From positions 41,106,001 to 41,170,000 of the forward strand of contig NC_042997.1 in NCBI RefSeq assembly GCF_006345805.1: DNA of 64,000 nucleotides. The letters are read 5' to 3'. Every line of letters starts with the position of its first letter. Position 1 is the stretch's first letter. Shown piece by piece: positions 10,476-22,680 of this stretch. The DNA is from Octopus sinensis. Taxonomy: Eukaryota. Below the pieces are notes generated by a model. That model made no database searches and was not told the origin of the DNA. It was given only the letters and a program-made list of their open reading frames with translations. The position numbers and the translations under genes were made by a program.

Positions 10476-13077
10476 TGAGCGCTTCGTAAGTTGGGATTTT
10501 GTTGAGGCTTTTTGAAGGTTTTTGACTGTTTTGTTTGTTTTTGTTTTGTGAACCATTTTTGCTGGGCAGAAGGGGTTCTTTTGTTAAAAGTTCTCCCTTT
10601 TAGGAGCGAATTTTGGACTTTTTGTGTATTAAAAATATTTTTTTTTGCTTTTCGTCAAACGAATAACAAGATGGTTTCCTCTGTCGAGGGGAGTGACAGC
10701 GGCTGTTCTGATGGCCAGCTCTGCGAAGATTTCACCCCCTCTGAACAGCACAAGTACCAACACCACTAACAGCACCAACACTACCATTAACAGGGGAAGA
10801 GAAGAAAAAAGTCAGGAAAGCACCACCAACACCGTCATGAACACAGACAAAAATGAAAAATCAAACAGGAACAACAACGACAAACCAAGCGGCAACGATT
10901 TCGCCTCGGCGGCGAAACAAACCAGGCAAGGAATTCAGTTAACTATCGATGACTTAAGAAATGTAAAGGGGCTGTTAAGGAAGGAGGAGAATAATCCCTT
11001 CTTTAACACACCACAAAAATTGATAAAAGAAACGCAGAAAGAAAAAAAACGGTGATCTACAGAACATTAAATATTTTTTGAAAAAAGAGTGAAACGAGCG
11101 ACTCAACAGCCATTGGAAATAGCATTAAAACCAGAATGGAACCGGAAAACATATGTGAAGCGTGGAAGACGCTTCGGCACTGTACTGTAGAAGTGCGTTT
11201 TGCAACTGAAGAAGAAGCAAAGCAGCATGTCACTGTGACATTTATAAACTGAAGAATTCCTGCTCGTGCCGACATTGTTAAGTCGGCAAGTTACAAAGAT
11301 AAAAATGAGGGAGGTGGCCCCGAAATGAATATATGCTGACTTGTAGCGGCAGTCCTCTTTGATATAGAGGATACCGCCACAATACTGGAGGTGCATAAAT
11401 TGCACGAACAAAATTGGACGGGCCATTGATTGGAACTCCTCGTTCAAATTGAACAAGAAGCCCTAAATTCTATCCTTGGTTCTATAAACTTAGCAGACGA
11501 CACGAGACTACACGTGGCCGTGGAGGGCAGGAGGCCGAGGTGCTACTTTTGTGAAAGTGATCAGCACCTCAAGCTCGACTACCTCAAATACAAAGAGATG
11601 CGACGGAAGCTACAAGCGACAGTAGAAACGGTGGCACCTCCAGTGCAGCAGCAGCAGCCGCAGAAACCAACCCCATCACCACCAGCAACAGCGACGCCAC
11701 CTCCAACCGTCGCCAGGGCACCACCATCACCAACACCACCAACGAAAATAAATACCCGTCAGAGTACCACTACCGCCAGTAGCAGTAACACCACCACCAA
11801 CTACTGTAGCAGTAGCGGCAGCAACAAATGAGCCGCAGCAAAAGCAAGAGCCAGAGAGGTGAGTGGCAAACAGTTCCCCCTAGAAAAGAAAAAGATAGTA
11901 GAAGAAAAGAGGGGGAGGTACAAACAGGAGAAATTCCTCAACAGCAGCAACACGCACACACGGCCACCGACAACAGCACTATCACCAGCACTACAACCTC
12001 AAACTACAAAACACACTGCACAACACAAACAGACTGCACAAACACCACCAACCTCACAGCCATCAACACCGACAATACACACCTTGTCGAATACATTAGA
12101 GAAAACACAGACACCACAATGGAAGACTTTGTCTTCCCAACACACAATGCACCATCACCACACATACAAATTTCTGAAAGTAACACAGGACACCTACAAC
12201 ACATTAAAAATTAATTTTCCAAATGCTGTTGGGTCATTCCAAAAACACATTCTCTAAGAGACTATATGAAAATCTCGTGGAAACACCCACAAGAAAGACC
12301 AAGGGGTTACCCCTGCTAGGCAACAGTGGTAAGTAGAGCTCTTCTTCATTCTAAATTTATTCTACCAAGGTGATGCTCAGAATAGGTCATATAAATGTCA
12401 GGGGCCTCGGGTGGCCTTGGAAACAGAGTCATCTTTCAAATGACCTGAGGTTCCTTAGTATAGGTGTTGCAGCCATTAGTGAATCCAGTCTATCCGACCC
12501 ACGGGACCTCATCACCTTTTTCGGTGGATACAAGATTTTTCTATCTCCGTGTCGGTCGAAAAGGGACGGTGGTGGTACTCTGGTGCCCTTCAAGAAGGGT
12601 GTATATTTGAAAATAAAGGAAGTTTTCCTGGATCCAGAAGGTAAGTTGGTGGTCCTGGATGTGAACAGCTGTGACGATGGTGCTTTCAGACAAGTAGCTG
12701 CCTATGCTTCAACAGGGGAAGGGCGGTCTGATTACTTCAAGCGTTTCGAGATCTTCCTGGGAACATCTCGGACTTTAGTATTAGTAGGGGATTGGAACGC
12801 TGTCTTAAATGGACTTTTCGATTGCGTGGGAGTGTCTGATAGGAGAGGGGGTGCAAAAGCCTCAAAAACCTCTCACACGTTTTCAGTTGTCTGACAGGTG
12901 CTGACTAGATTACCCAAATGTGCCAATGTGGACTTGGACAAACCGCATCGTCTAGCAGGGGTGACCCATTGGACTTTCCGGTTGGAAAGGTGCTTTGTAC
13001 AGCTGCACCTGCTCGGTTGCTCGTGTGAATGGTCACCTGTCTGAGCCATTCAGCATCTTGCGTTCGGTCCGTCAAGG

Positions 13078-13118
<41 letters not shown>

Positions 13119-14285
13119 CTGTCTGTATGTACTGACTCTTGAGCCATTTACTGCGGAAGCTGGGGGCGTTGAGGGGTGTCCCGCGTGATCTAGTATGTGA
13201 GAGAAATGTATCTGCTTACGCTGATGATGTCACCGTCATAGTGTCGAGCCACAGGCATATAGACCTGACAGTCGAAACACTACAGGAATATGAAGCGATA
13301 ACAGGAGTAAAAATTAACCCGGAAAAGTCAGTGGGCTTGCAGCTCGGCACATGGAGAGGCAAGGCCATGCGGTCCAACAGCGTCGTGCTACGCTGGACAG
13401 ACGGTCTCAACAAGTTGCTCGGAGTCTGGTTTGGCCCACACGTCCAAGTGGAGAAGAACTGGGACGAAGTGACGAGAAGGATAGCCAATCTCACCCGGAT
13501 ATAGACCAAGAGGAAGCTGTCCCTGAAAGATTGAGCGGAGGTAACGAACGCGTACATGGCACCTGTCATCTCCTACCGCTTCACTGTCGTCCCTTGTCCC
13601 GTTTCCTGGTTGACCAAGCTTGTGCGCTTACTCTTCCGTTTTCTGTGGCAGATGCGCGTTCCACTGGTCAGGCACTCTATCTGCTGTCAATAGCTGCTGA
13701 CTGGAGGACTGGGCATGCCCTGGTTACTGATGCGCAGACGTGCGCTGAGGTTGCGGCATCTCCAGCCTTTCCTTGACGGTGAGCAGGTGTGATCACCGTG
13801 TGTAAGAGGCACTTTTCCACAGCTCGTCTTTTTGACTGAGCTGCCATCCTGAACTGGGCGTAGACCGAAGAATGGCGCTGGGCACCTTGAGTGCCGTCAA
13901 GCACTCACAATCCTCCACCAGGCGGGCAATGCGGTCGGTGATACTTCCACTCTGAAGTTCTAAAGAGTGCTAGTGAAGGGAAAGTGCGACGACGTTCTCA
14001 GGGAAACTCTGGGTGTCGACGAAGATCAACTAACCGATCTGTTTCGCAGCACTTTCAGGCCTGGGCCTATGGATAACTTCAAGAAATCTCTTGCCTGACA
14101 GTGCTACGGAGGGGCGCTGCCTGTTTGGGATAAAATTTATAGGCACGGAAATGCCACGCGAGGTGCGCCCAGAAAGATGAAACTGTTCTGCACGCCCTAG
14201 TCCAGTACCCGAGTATTGCTGACCGGTGGGTTTATGTCGAACACCTACTGCACACACATCACTGTCCGAGCATATCTGGTCAACA
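10476..14285 (+). mobile_element. Tx1-like L1-clade LINE, inactivated: ORF1 with zinc knuckle, APE endonuclease, internally deleted RT, C-terminal zinc-finger region
   Basis: ORF1 RPRCYFCESDQHLKLDY (degenerate CCHC). APE MLRIGHINVRGL...AAISES...VLVGDWNAVL (12370-12894). RT SVRQG...YVLTLEP and SAYADDVTVIV (~13060-13250). C-terminal RCAQKDETVLHAL. Several frameshifts and stops. Confidence 0.85.
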
Positions 14286-14286
14286 A

Positions 14287-14348
14287 AAAGCAATAAAATC
14301 ACACGTTCAGTATTTTGGGCATCCAGAATTGCTTCATACAGCTTTGCA
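14287..14348 (-). mobile_element. Short Tc1/mariner transposase C-terminal fragment
   Basis: About 80% identical by eye to 18244-18306, which is the ...KY* end of the Tc1 remnant. Confidence 0.45.
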
Positions 14349-14349
14349 C

Positions 14350-14418
14350 ACATACTCACATACATACACATACATACATACATACATACATACATACATA
14401 CATACATACATACATACA

Positions 14419-14452
<34 letters not shown>

Positions 14453-14628
14453 CATACATACATGCATATACTCATACATACATACACACAAACAGATACA
14501 TACATACATACATACATACATACATACGTACATACACTTATTCAAATAAACATACCCACATACATTCATACATACAAGAATACATACATATACAGATACA
14601 TGCACACATACGTAGATACATGCATGCA

Positions 14629-14672
<44 letters not shown>

Positions 14673-17601
14673 CATAGATACAGTCATAGATTCATACAGA
14701 CATAGATGAATGCATACATACATGCAAGCATACCTCCATACATACATGCATAGATACATATACACAAATTCATACACATATATCTATACACAGAAATACA
14801 CATTCACACCTTCATTCATGTATACATGCATATATACACACATGCATACATACATACGTACATACATACACACATACATGCACAGGGGCATACATGCCAA
14901 CAAATATATACACACGCACATATAAAAATACATACATATATAGAAATACATACACACATACATATATACATGTGTGTATGTATGTATTTGTTTATGTACA
15001 TATGTATGTATGTGTGCGTATGTATAAATGTATGCGTTTATCTATGCATGTGTGTATGTATGTACAAACATTCATACATACCCACAAGCATACGCACATA
15101 CATACATGGTGGCTGCCCCCTCGTTATCGAGTATGGCCACTGCGCAAAGGCTTAATCAATGTTGTTATCGAGCAATGCCTGTGCAAGAAGATTTATTTTT
15201 GAATTGAGGAAAGGCTGTGAACTGAGTCAATCCCACTCACTAAGCAACAGCAGCCATAATCCGAACAGAAGAACAACTCAACATCATCGGTAACCACTGA
15301 GCCGCAGGTTTTATGTCGGAGTTATCCCAGTTACCTGAGATACCTTCTCCAAGAAGGTTGCCCTAACAAAGGCACAACAAATACACACATAGACACTATC
15401 TACACATACACATGCTTATATAAATACATACATGCACACATACATTCATATATACATGCACACATACATACAGACATACATATATACATGAACACATACA
15501 TACACACATACAAACATACACATATTCATACATACATACATACATACACACATTCATACACATACCCATATATAGGTATATACATATACACATACATATA
15601 ACATGCATACATATACTAATATACACATACACTCATACGCACAAACATGCATACAAAATAAGCACATACATACATGCATACCTGTTTAAAAACATACACA
15701 AAAACATACACACATATATACATGCATACATGCACATATGTTTGCACACATAAATACATATTCACGTACACACTTGTGTGCATGTATGTGTGTGTTTGGA
15801 TATCTATGTATGTGTGTATGTGTGCATGAGTGAATGTATGTGAATATGTATGTATATGTGTATCTGCGTATGAATGTATATAGGTATGTATATGTGTATG
15901 TATGTATTTAACACACATAGACACACACAAACATTATACACACCTACATACATACATACCTCTATACACACAAACATGCATGCACACATACATATACACA
16001 TGAACACGCATATATACATATATACACATATATATGCATATATAAATACATACATACACACATACATACATATATACATGCACACATACATACACACATA
16101 CATACACATGCCCGCAGACATATACACATCCTTACATACTCACATACATATATAAGCACTTACATATATACAAACATACTTGCATACATACACACATACA
16201 TAGTCACATACGTACACACATACTTACACATATGCACACATACATACACACTTACACGCATACATTCATACACACATGCATACTGATATACACACATACT
16301 TAAATACACACCCACATTCGCACATACCACACATACATTCATACAGACATACAATTGCACATACGTAGATACATACATACATACACACATATAAACATAC
16401 ATATACATACACAAGTATGTACTTACACAAGTATGTACATACACACATACATACTTCCATACTTTAATCACATACGTACAAACACACATACACACGCACA
16501 TACACGCATATATTCATATATACATACATATATACATACATATCCACATTTATATATATGTGTGTGTGGATGTATGTATGCGTTTTTGTATCTTTGTATA
16601 TATTTAAGTATGTATGTATATATTTATGTATGTATATATGTATGTGTATGTGCGTATATATGTATGTGTGTATGTATGTATGTATTTATGCGTACACATG
16701 TATGCAGACAGACAAACCTGTGAACTTACACACATAACATTCGTGCACACACACATACACGCATGCACACATATATACATACACATATACTTACAAACAC
16801 ATACAAATAAATACGCACATATATACACATACACACATACACACATACATACTTACACATATACATACACACAGACATACATATACATACAAACATGCAT
16901 ACTTATATATACACATAGATACACACATATGTACACACATACATATACACGAACATATATACGTACATATATATACGCTTGCATACATACATACATACAT
17001 ATATACATACATACATACATACATACATACATACATACGCACATACATATTTACATGCATACATACGCACACACATTAATACACACACATGTACATACAC
17101 ACATGCATTCATACATAAATACATAACACAGCAATACGTACCCAGATACATGGATACATACATAAAACCATACATTTAAACATGCATGCATAAACACAAT
17201 CATACATATATACATACGTACACACATATACATCTACATATATGTGCACATACACACATACATATGCTCATAGATGCATACATACGTGCATACATACATA
17301 GGCACCTACATGCAAGTATGCATCTATACATATATACATACACACATGCATTTCTACATATACACACATACATACTTACATAACTACATACGTAAGTACA
17401 CGCACATATATGCATGCATACATTACAAACCTAAACACATATATAGTTGTATACAAACATATACATGCATGCATGTGTACATACATACAGTACATATTTA
17501 CACACATACCTACACACGTAAATCCATACACACATAGGTTCATACACACAAACATACAAGCATACTTATACAGAAACACACCTACATATATACATGCATG
17601 C

Positions 17602-17645
<44 letters not shown>
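14350..17645. repeat. ~3.3-kb compound (TACA)n/(CA)n/(TA)n microsatellite field
   Basis: Continuous alternating purine-pyrimidine repeats, interrupted by the RTE-like repeat at 15109-15372. Source of dozens of spurious His/Thr/Tyr/Val/Cys ORFs. Confidence 0.95.
15109..15372 (+). mobile_element. RTE-type 5'UTR-like interspersed repeat
   Basis: gtggctgccccctcgttatcgagtatggcc...gagataccttctccaagaaggttgccctaacaaagg; inverted homologue at 6727-6989. Confidence 0.55.
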
Positions 17646-17648
<3 letters not shown>

Positions 17649-18264
17649 ATGCATACATAAACTCATACATGTTTATACAGTCACATATTTATGTTCTTTT
17701 CAATTGTTTGAGTCATTGAATTGCGTTTTCCAAAACTTTATCTCCTAATTCACTCCAAACACACCTAGAGCCAGCTGTGTGAGAATCTATACGCCTTCCT
17801 CTAATTTAACCACTCAAGGACTAAAGTGTTCTTGGTTGCTCAAATCCTTGTTTAGTAATCTCTCATCTATATATAGCTGAAGAACAGTTTCCCTTTGTTC
17901 TCTTTCTACATACTTCTTTCCTTTTTGACACTACAATCCACATTTTCCAAACAATTGCAGTGGCGCCATCGAATTTAAGAACTCTAATTTACTAATGTTC
18001 AAATGTCATTTCATCTTATGTATATTCAACCTGTAAATTGTGAATTAATTTGTATATCTAAATAAAGAAACTCTTACGAGCTTTAATAGGGTTTACAGCT
18101 TTACAGCGTAACATCAATCCTAATTTAAGATTTTTAAAAATCTTAATTATCATAATTTAGAGTACCATTTAACTTAAGGTCAACATGTAACATTTCATAT
18201 TTTGTTGTTCTTTTTGCTTTTAAAATTCATTCTGAAATCCCTAAAAAGCAATAAAATCACAGAG

Positions 18265-18560
18265 TCAGTATTTTGGGAACCTAAAATACTTAATACAGAT
18301 TTGCATCTGCGAAACATAGAAATGTTCAGATCATTTATCACTGTTGCGGAGATTTTTTCCCACTTTTAGCTAATAATGTTTTAAAAAATCTCTCTCTTAT
18401 TCTTTGTCTTAATACTTTTCACAGCTCTACCCCCCCCTTTACCAGGAATTTTCTATGGTATTTAGGTCGGGCGACAGCGCTGATCTCTGCATCAACCAAA
18501 ATCTCTTAGATCTGATGTAGTTTCTTACTAGGTACGTGGCGCCATTCAGCTCGTTCTCTC
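18265..18560 (-). mobile_element. Tc1/mariner transposase remnant (C-terminal catalytic half)
   Basis: Minus strand shows NGA (from QDGA), SPDLNTIENSW (18442-18475; Tc1 motif SPDLNPIENLW), then MFRRCKSV and a frameshifted ...KY* end at 18265. Confidence 0.7.
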
Positions 18561-18916
18561 TTCCCCATCATAACTATTAGGTAACTTTAAATTGAAGGAC
18601 TCTTTCAGAATCACTTAAAAGATCTTTTCTAATATGTGGTAATTTTTCCTGCTACAAACACAGAAGTCAAATTTACCTTACCTTTATGTTAGTCAATAAG
18701 CCAAAAAAAAAAAAAACTTTGCAAATCATTCTTAAATTACAGAAAATATTGTTTATTTTAATTTTATATTTATATGTTGAATGTTACGCTGTAAGGTTGT
18801 TCACCATATTAAAGCTCGTGAAATTTTCGTTATTTTCATATACATCTTAATTTACGATTTACAACTTGAATATATAAAAACAATTCCATCTTACCATTAT
18901 TATACTAGCGCTCTTC

Positions 18917-19440
18917 AATTAGATGGTCCACCGTATATACTTCATCTTCTGCGGTTACTTAATAATGTCCAGAGTAATGGTCAGCAAGTAATGGGTTTAT
19001 AATTGCTGGCTTCCTTCTTAAATTAGATGGTCCAAACCGTATATACTTCATCTTCTGAGGTTACTTAATAATGTCCAGAGTAATGGTCAGCAAGTAATGG
19101 GTCTATAATTGCTGGCTTCTCTCCTTAAATTAGATGGTCTCACCGTATATACTTCATCTTCTGAGGTTACTTAATAATGTCCAGAGTAATGGTCAGCAAG
19201 TAATGGGTCTATAATTGCTGGCTTCCCTTCTTAAATTAGATGGTCCCACCGTATATACTTCATCTTCTGAGGTTACTTAATAATGTCCAGAGTAATGGTC
19301 AGCAAGTAATGGGTCTATAATTGCTGGCTTCCCTTCTTAAATTAGATGGTCCCACCGTATATACTTCATCTTCTGAGGTTACTTAATAATGTCCAGAGTA
19401 ATGGTCAGCAAGTAATGGGTCTATAATTGCTGGCTTCCTT
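18917..19440 (-). repeat. Tandem array of five ~106-bp units derived from a Dong/R4-type RT segment
   Basis: Unit starts (aattagatgg) at 18917, 19021, 19128, 19234 and 19340. Each unit reads ASNYRPITC*PLLWTLLSN on the minus strand, and the flank continues IEKDKEK. Duplicate at ~38622-39145. Confidence 0.85.
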
Positions 19441-20444
19441 TCTACTTTTCTTTGTCTTTCTCTATTTTTATGTGTAAAACAACGCAAAAGTCAGAGTAAT
19501 TGACTGTTATTTTCAGCATGATTCTAGGTCACCTGTAGGCAAATATTGTTTATAGATTATTCTTAAAGTGTCCTTCAATTTTTACTTGCCGTTTTAAGAA
19601 TCTGGTGACACCATAAATAGGAATTCAATTTCTTTTTATAAATGCTTCCGAATATTCTTCAGTTTTTACACGAAAAACAAAGGGAATTTTGGTTTCTGTT
19701 TCTAGCATGAAAAATTACTACATATTAGAAAAGTGTTCTTCTAAGTGTTTCTTAAAGAATCGTTCATTTTCTATTAATTTTCATGCAATTAAAAGTGATC
19801 TTGATGGAAAATCGTCAGAAGAGCAAAAACACTGTGATTTATTTAGTCTCTTCTCACCAGCGACACGATTTGCCCTCAGATGTGGGTGTCGTGTAGTGAA
19901 GCTTTGTATAGAGAACTGTCTTATATCCGCCGACCCCAGCAAATTATTCTCTATAGCATCCCAGGGTTTCCTCTTAAGCGACGTTTTCCTAGACGCGAAC
20001 GCTGACCACCTCAAACCTTTCCAGTCGACGTCATTAGACCTCATCAACGTCAAATGGCTTCGTTTTCTTCGGTCAAATTCAACACGATGAAATGGATGTG
20101 AGTCGAACTCTGCAAGACAAGCCGTTTTCCAAAGACATCGGATAAAGACGGCAGCAAACGATTCGAAGGCAGATATAAGACAGAGACATCGAAGGAATTT
20201 CAGTTCTCGACAATTTAAAAGCTTTGTGTTGGTAGAAAGTTAAAAATCAAGCTCTGTGTTATGGAGTCAAAAGCGTTTAAATAAATTTCACCCCAATACA
20301 GCCAGGTCCCGTCTGACTTTCTTTGATCCCTTGTTAAACCAAATACACAGGGAAACCAGTGACACCCAGCTCAGTATGACTCCCTTCCGTAAAACCCTGT
20401 CCATACAATCATTCTTTAGCAGAAAGTTGTAGGGTCACTCAAAC

Positions 20445-21101
20445 ACAATGTCTAAGGCCTTCGGCCCAGTGCGTCCATGCTGCCAACGAAGCACGCAGAG
20501 TTCTGTTCTTGATTCGACGGTCATTCGGAATGCTCACAGCAGCCATATTCCTACCGCTCTATGTCACGCTGGTGAGACCCATATTGGAGTACGGGATTCA
20601 AGCCTCTTCTCCTTATCTCCTCAAGACATACAACATCTCGAATGAGTCCAGAAGCTGGCTACCCGCATGGTTCTTGGTTTCAAGAATGTGTCTTATGAAG
20701 AAAGGCTGAAGACGCTCGACCTTTATTCTCTAGAAAAACGACGACGCCGTGGAGATCTCATTCTTGCTCACAACATCATAAGCGGAAAGTGTAACCTCTC
20801 GAAAGAGCTATTCTTCACTCCTGCTCCAGAGCGTACGCTGCGGGGTCACTCCGAAAAGCTCTATCTGCGACGATTTCATCTCAATCGAAGGAGAGGGGCT
20901 TTCTCCGTCCGGGTTGCGGATCCGTGGAATAAGCTACCAGACGATATAGTAAAGATGCCGACGACCGCTCGGTTCAAAGTCTCCCTTGACCACAAGTGGC
21001 CTGAACTCTTTACATGAACACCACCCTGTACATAACTCCATGTCCCCCCACATGGCCTTGCTTTTTGCTTTTTGAGCCAAAAAATTAACTAACTAACTAA
21101 G
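20445..21101 (+). mobile_element. CR1-clade LINE 3' end, 5'-truncated
   Basis: LIRRSFGMLTAAIFLPLYVTLVRPILEYG...YEERLKTLDLYSLEKRRRRGDLI...LRGHSEKL...FSVRVADPWNKLP, followed by an (AACT)n tail. Confidence 0.9.
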
Positions 21102-22050
21102 AGAATCTTGCTTTCTACACTGAGCAAGGGGATGACTCGACATAGATAAATCTTACCATCCTCATCACTTTTCCCATTTCACTGATGCTCGGCTCCTTCA
21201 GATTCCATTCCACTGTTGGTTCTGGCAGTGTAAGCAGTAACTTGCCAGAACCCAGCAGCTGGTCCCTCCTAATGTCACTATAAAAGCTGGTCCCTATAAA
21301 TGCGCGTAAAGGGGTTGTTTTGAGGGTTTTGGGAAACAGATTAAGTAGTCCCCTCCTCTTCTCTAAATATGGAGGTGAGCCAGGAATGCCGCTGTTTACC
21401 TTGTCCTCTCTCTTTCAGCGTCACTCCATTCTGGTTCCTGAAGACCACCAGAACATATATAAGACCAGTCTTTTCAACCCACCCACCCCTATGCTTCCTT
21501 GAACTATTTTCTGATTTCTAACATAATCACAAGGTTTCAATCGATGGGGAGGGGGCATAATCGATACAATTGACCCAAGAATGCTACTGGTGCATTATTC
21601 TATTGTCCAGAGAAGGATGAAGACAAAAGTTGACTTGGAGCAGTTTTAAATCTAAAATTCTGCCTTAACAAACGTAATTAAAAGACTAAGGGAAGTAAAT
21701 TAAATCTGTTTGTTTTTTTTTCTTCTTTTTGATGTAATCAGTAATGGATGCGTTCTTTCCTTCGGGTTTATTATTCTTATTACTTTATGAAGAGGTCACA
21801 GGATGTGTGACGAAAGATTTCCAGACAAAGGACATGAAAAGTCCTGTGAGTGGATTTGGTTGACGGACACTGAAAGAAGTCCGTCGGAGGCAGCGTGTGC
21901 GTGTGGGCGAGCGCGTGCCCGTCCGATGAAATACGCTGTCACGTGGTTAGTGGATGCGAGAGGTGAAGAGAACGAGAGAAATTGATAACAACATGGAGAG
22001 GAGAAAGGCTTGGTTCAAAAGTTTCTTGAAGTAAGAGAGAGAGAGAGAGA

Positions 22051-22130
<80 letters not shown>

Positions 22131-22534
22131 CGAGAGAGAGAAATATAAAATGCTTAGCAGAGGGAACATTTAAACATGATAATGTTAAGAAACTGTCAAG
22201 GAGGCTGAAAAGCAGAGGGACTCCAGAGAAGAGAAACTCAACTCGGAGGTAAGTGTTTCGGCCCTTGACTTATTGGTGGTGGTGCATGTGATGGTGGTGA
22301 TTGTAACGAAATGGCGTGGAAAATTGTGTAAAGAGAAGTACAGGGTCAAATCACCAGAACAAGCCCAGGAAGAGTAACGTGGAAGGCAAAATATGAACCA
22401 AAGAGTATAGAGTGAGTATTTACAAAAGATAAGAGAACGTGTTCAAGATGGAATAGAAAAGGAAGATGAGAGACAAATCCCCCCAAAAAAAACTGTAAAC
22501 ATTTCGTTGAAAATTATAATATTGGTGACATAAA

Positions 22535-22680
22535 TATTCTTTTCTACTCTAAGCACAAGGCCCTAAATTTTTGGGGAGAGGGCCAGTCGATTAGATCGAA
22601 CTCAGTACGCAGTTAATTTATTGATCCCGAAAGGATGAAAGGCAAATTCGACCTCGGCGAAATTTAAACTCAGAACGAAG
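22535..22680 (-). mobile_element. tRNA-derived SINE
   Basis: ttgatcccgaaaggatgaaaggcaaattcgacctcggcgaaatttaaactcagaacg; same family as 60073-60250. Confidence 0.7.

Noticed and set aside
18917-19440. 106-bp array as a CRISPR-like repeat-spacer system
   Set aside because: Units are contiguous with no unique spacers, there are no cas-like ORFs, the context is eukaryotic, and the unit derives from a LINE RT.
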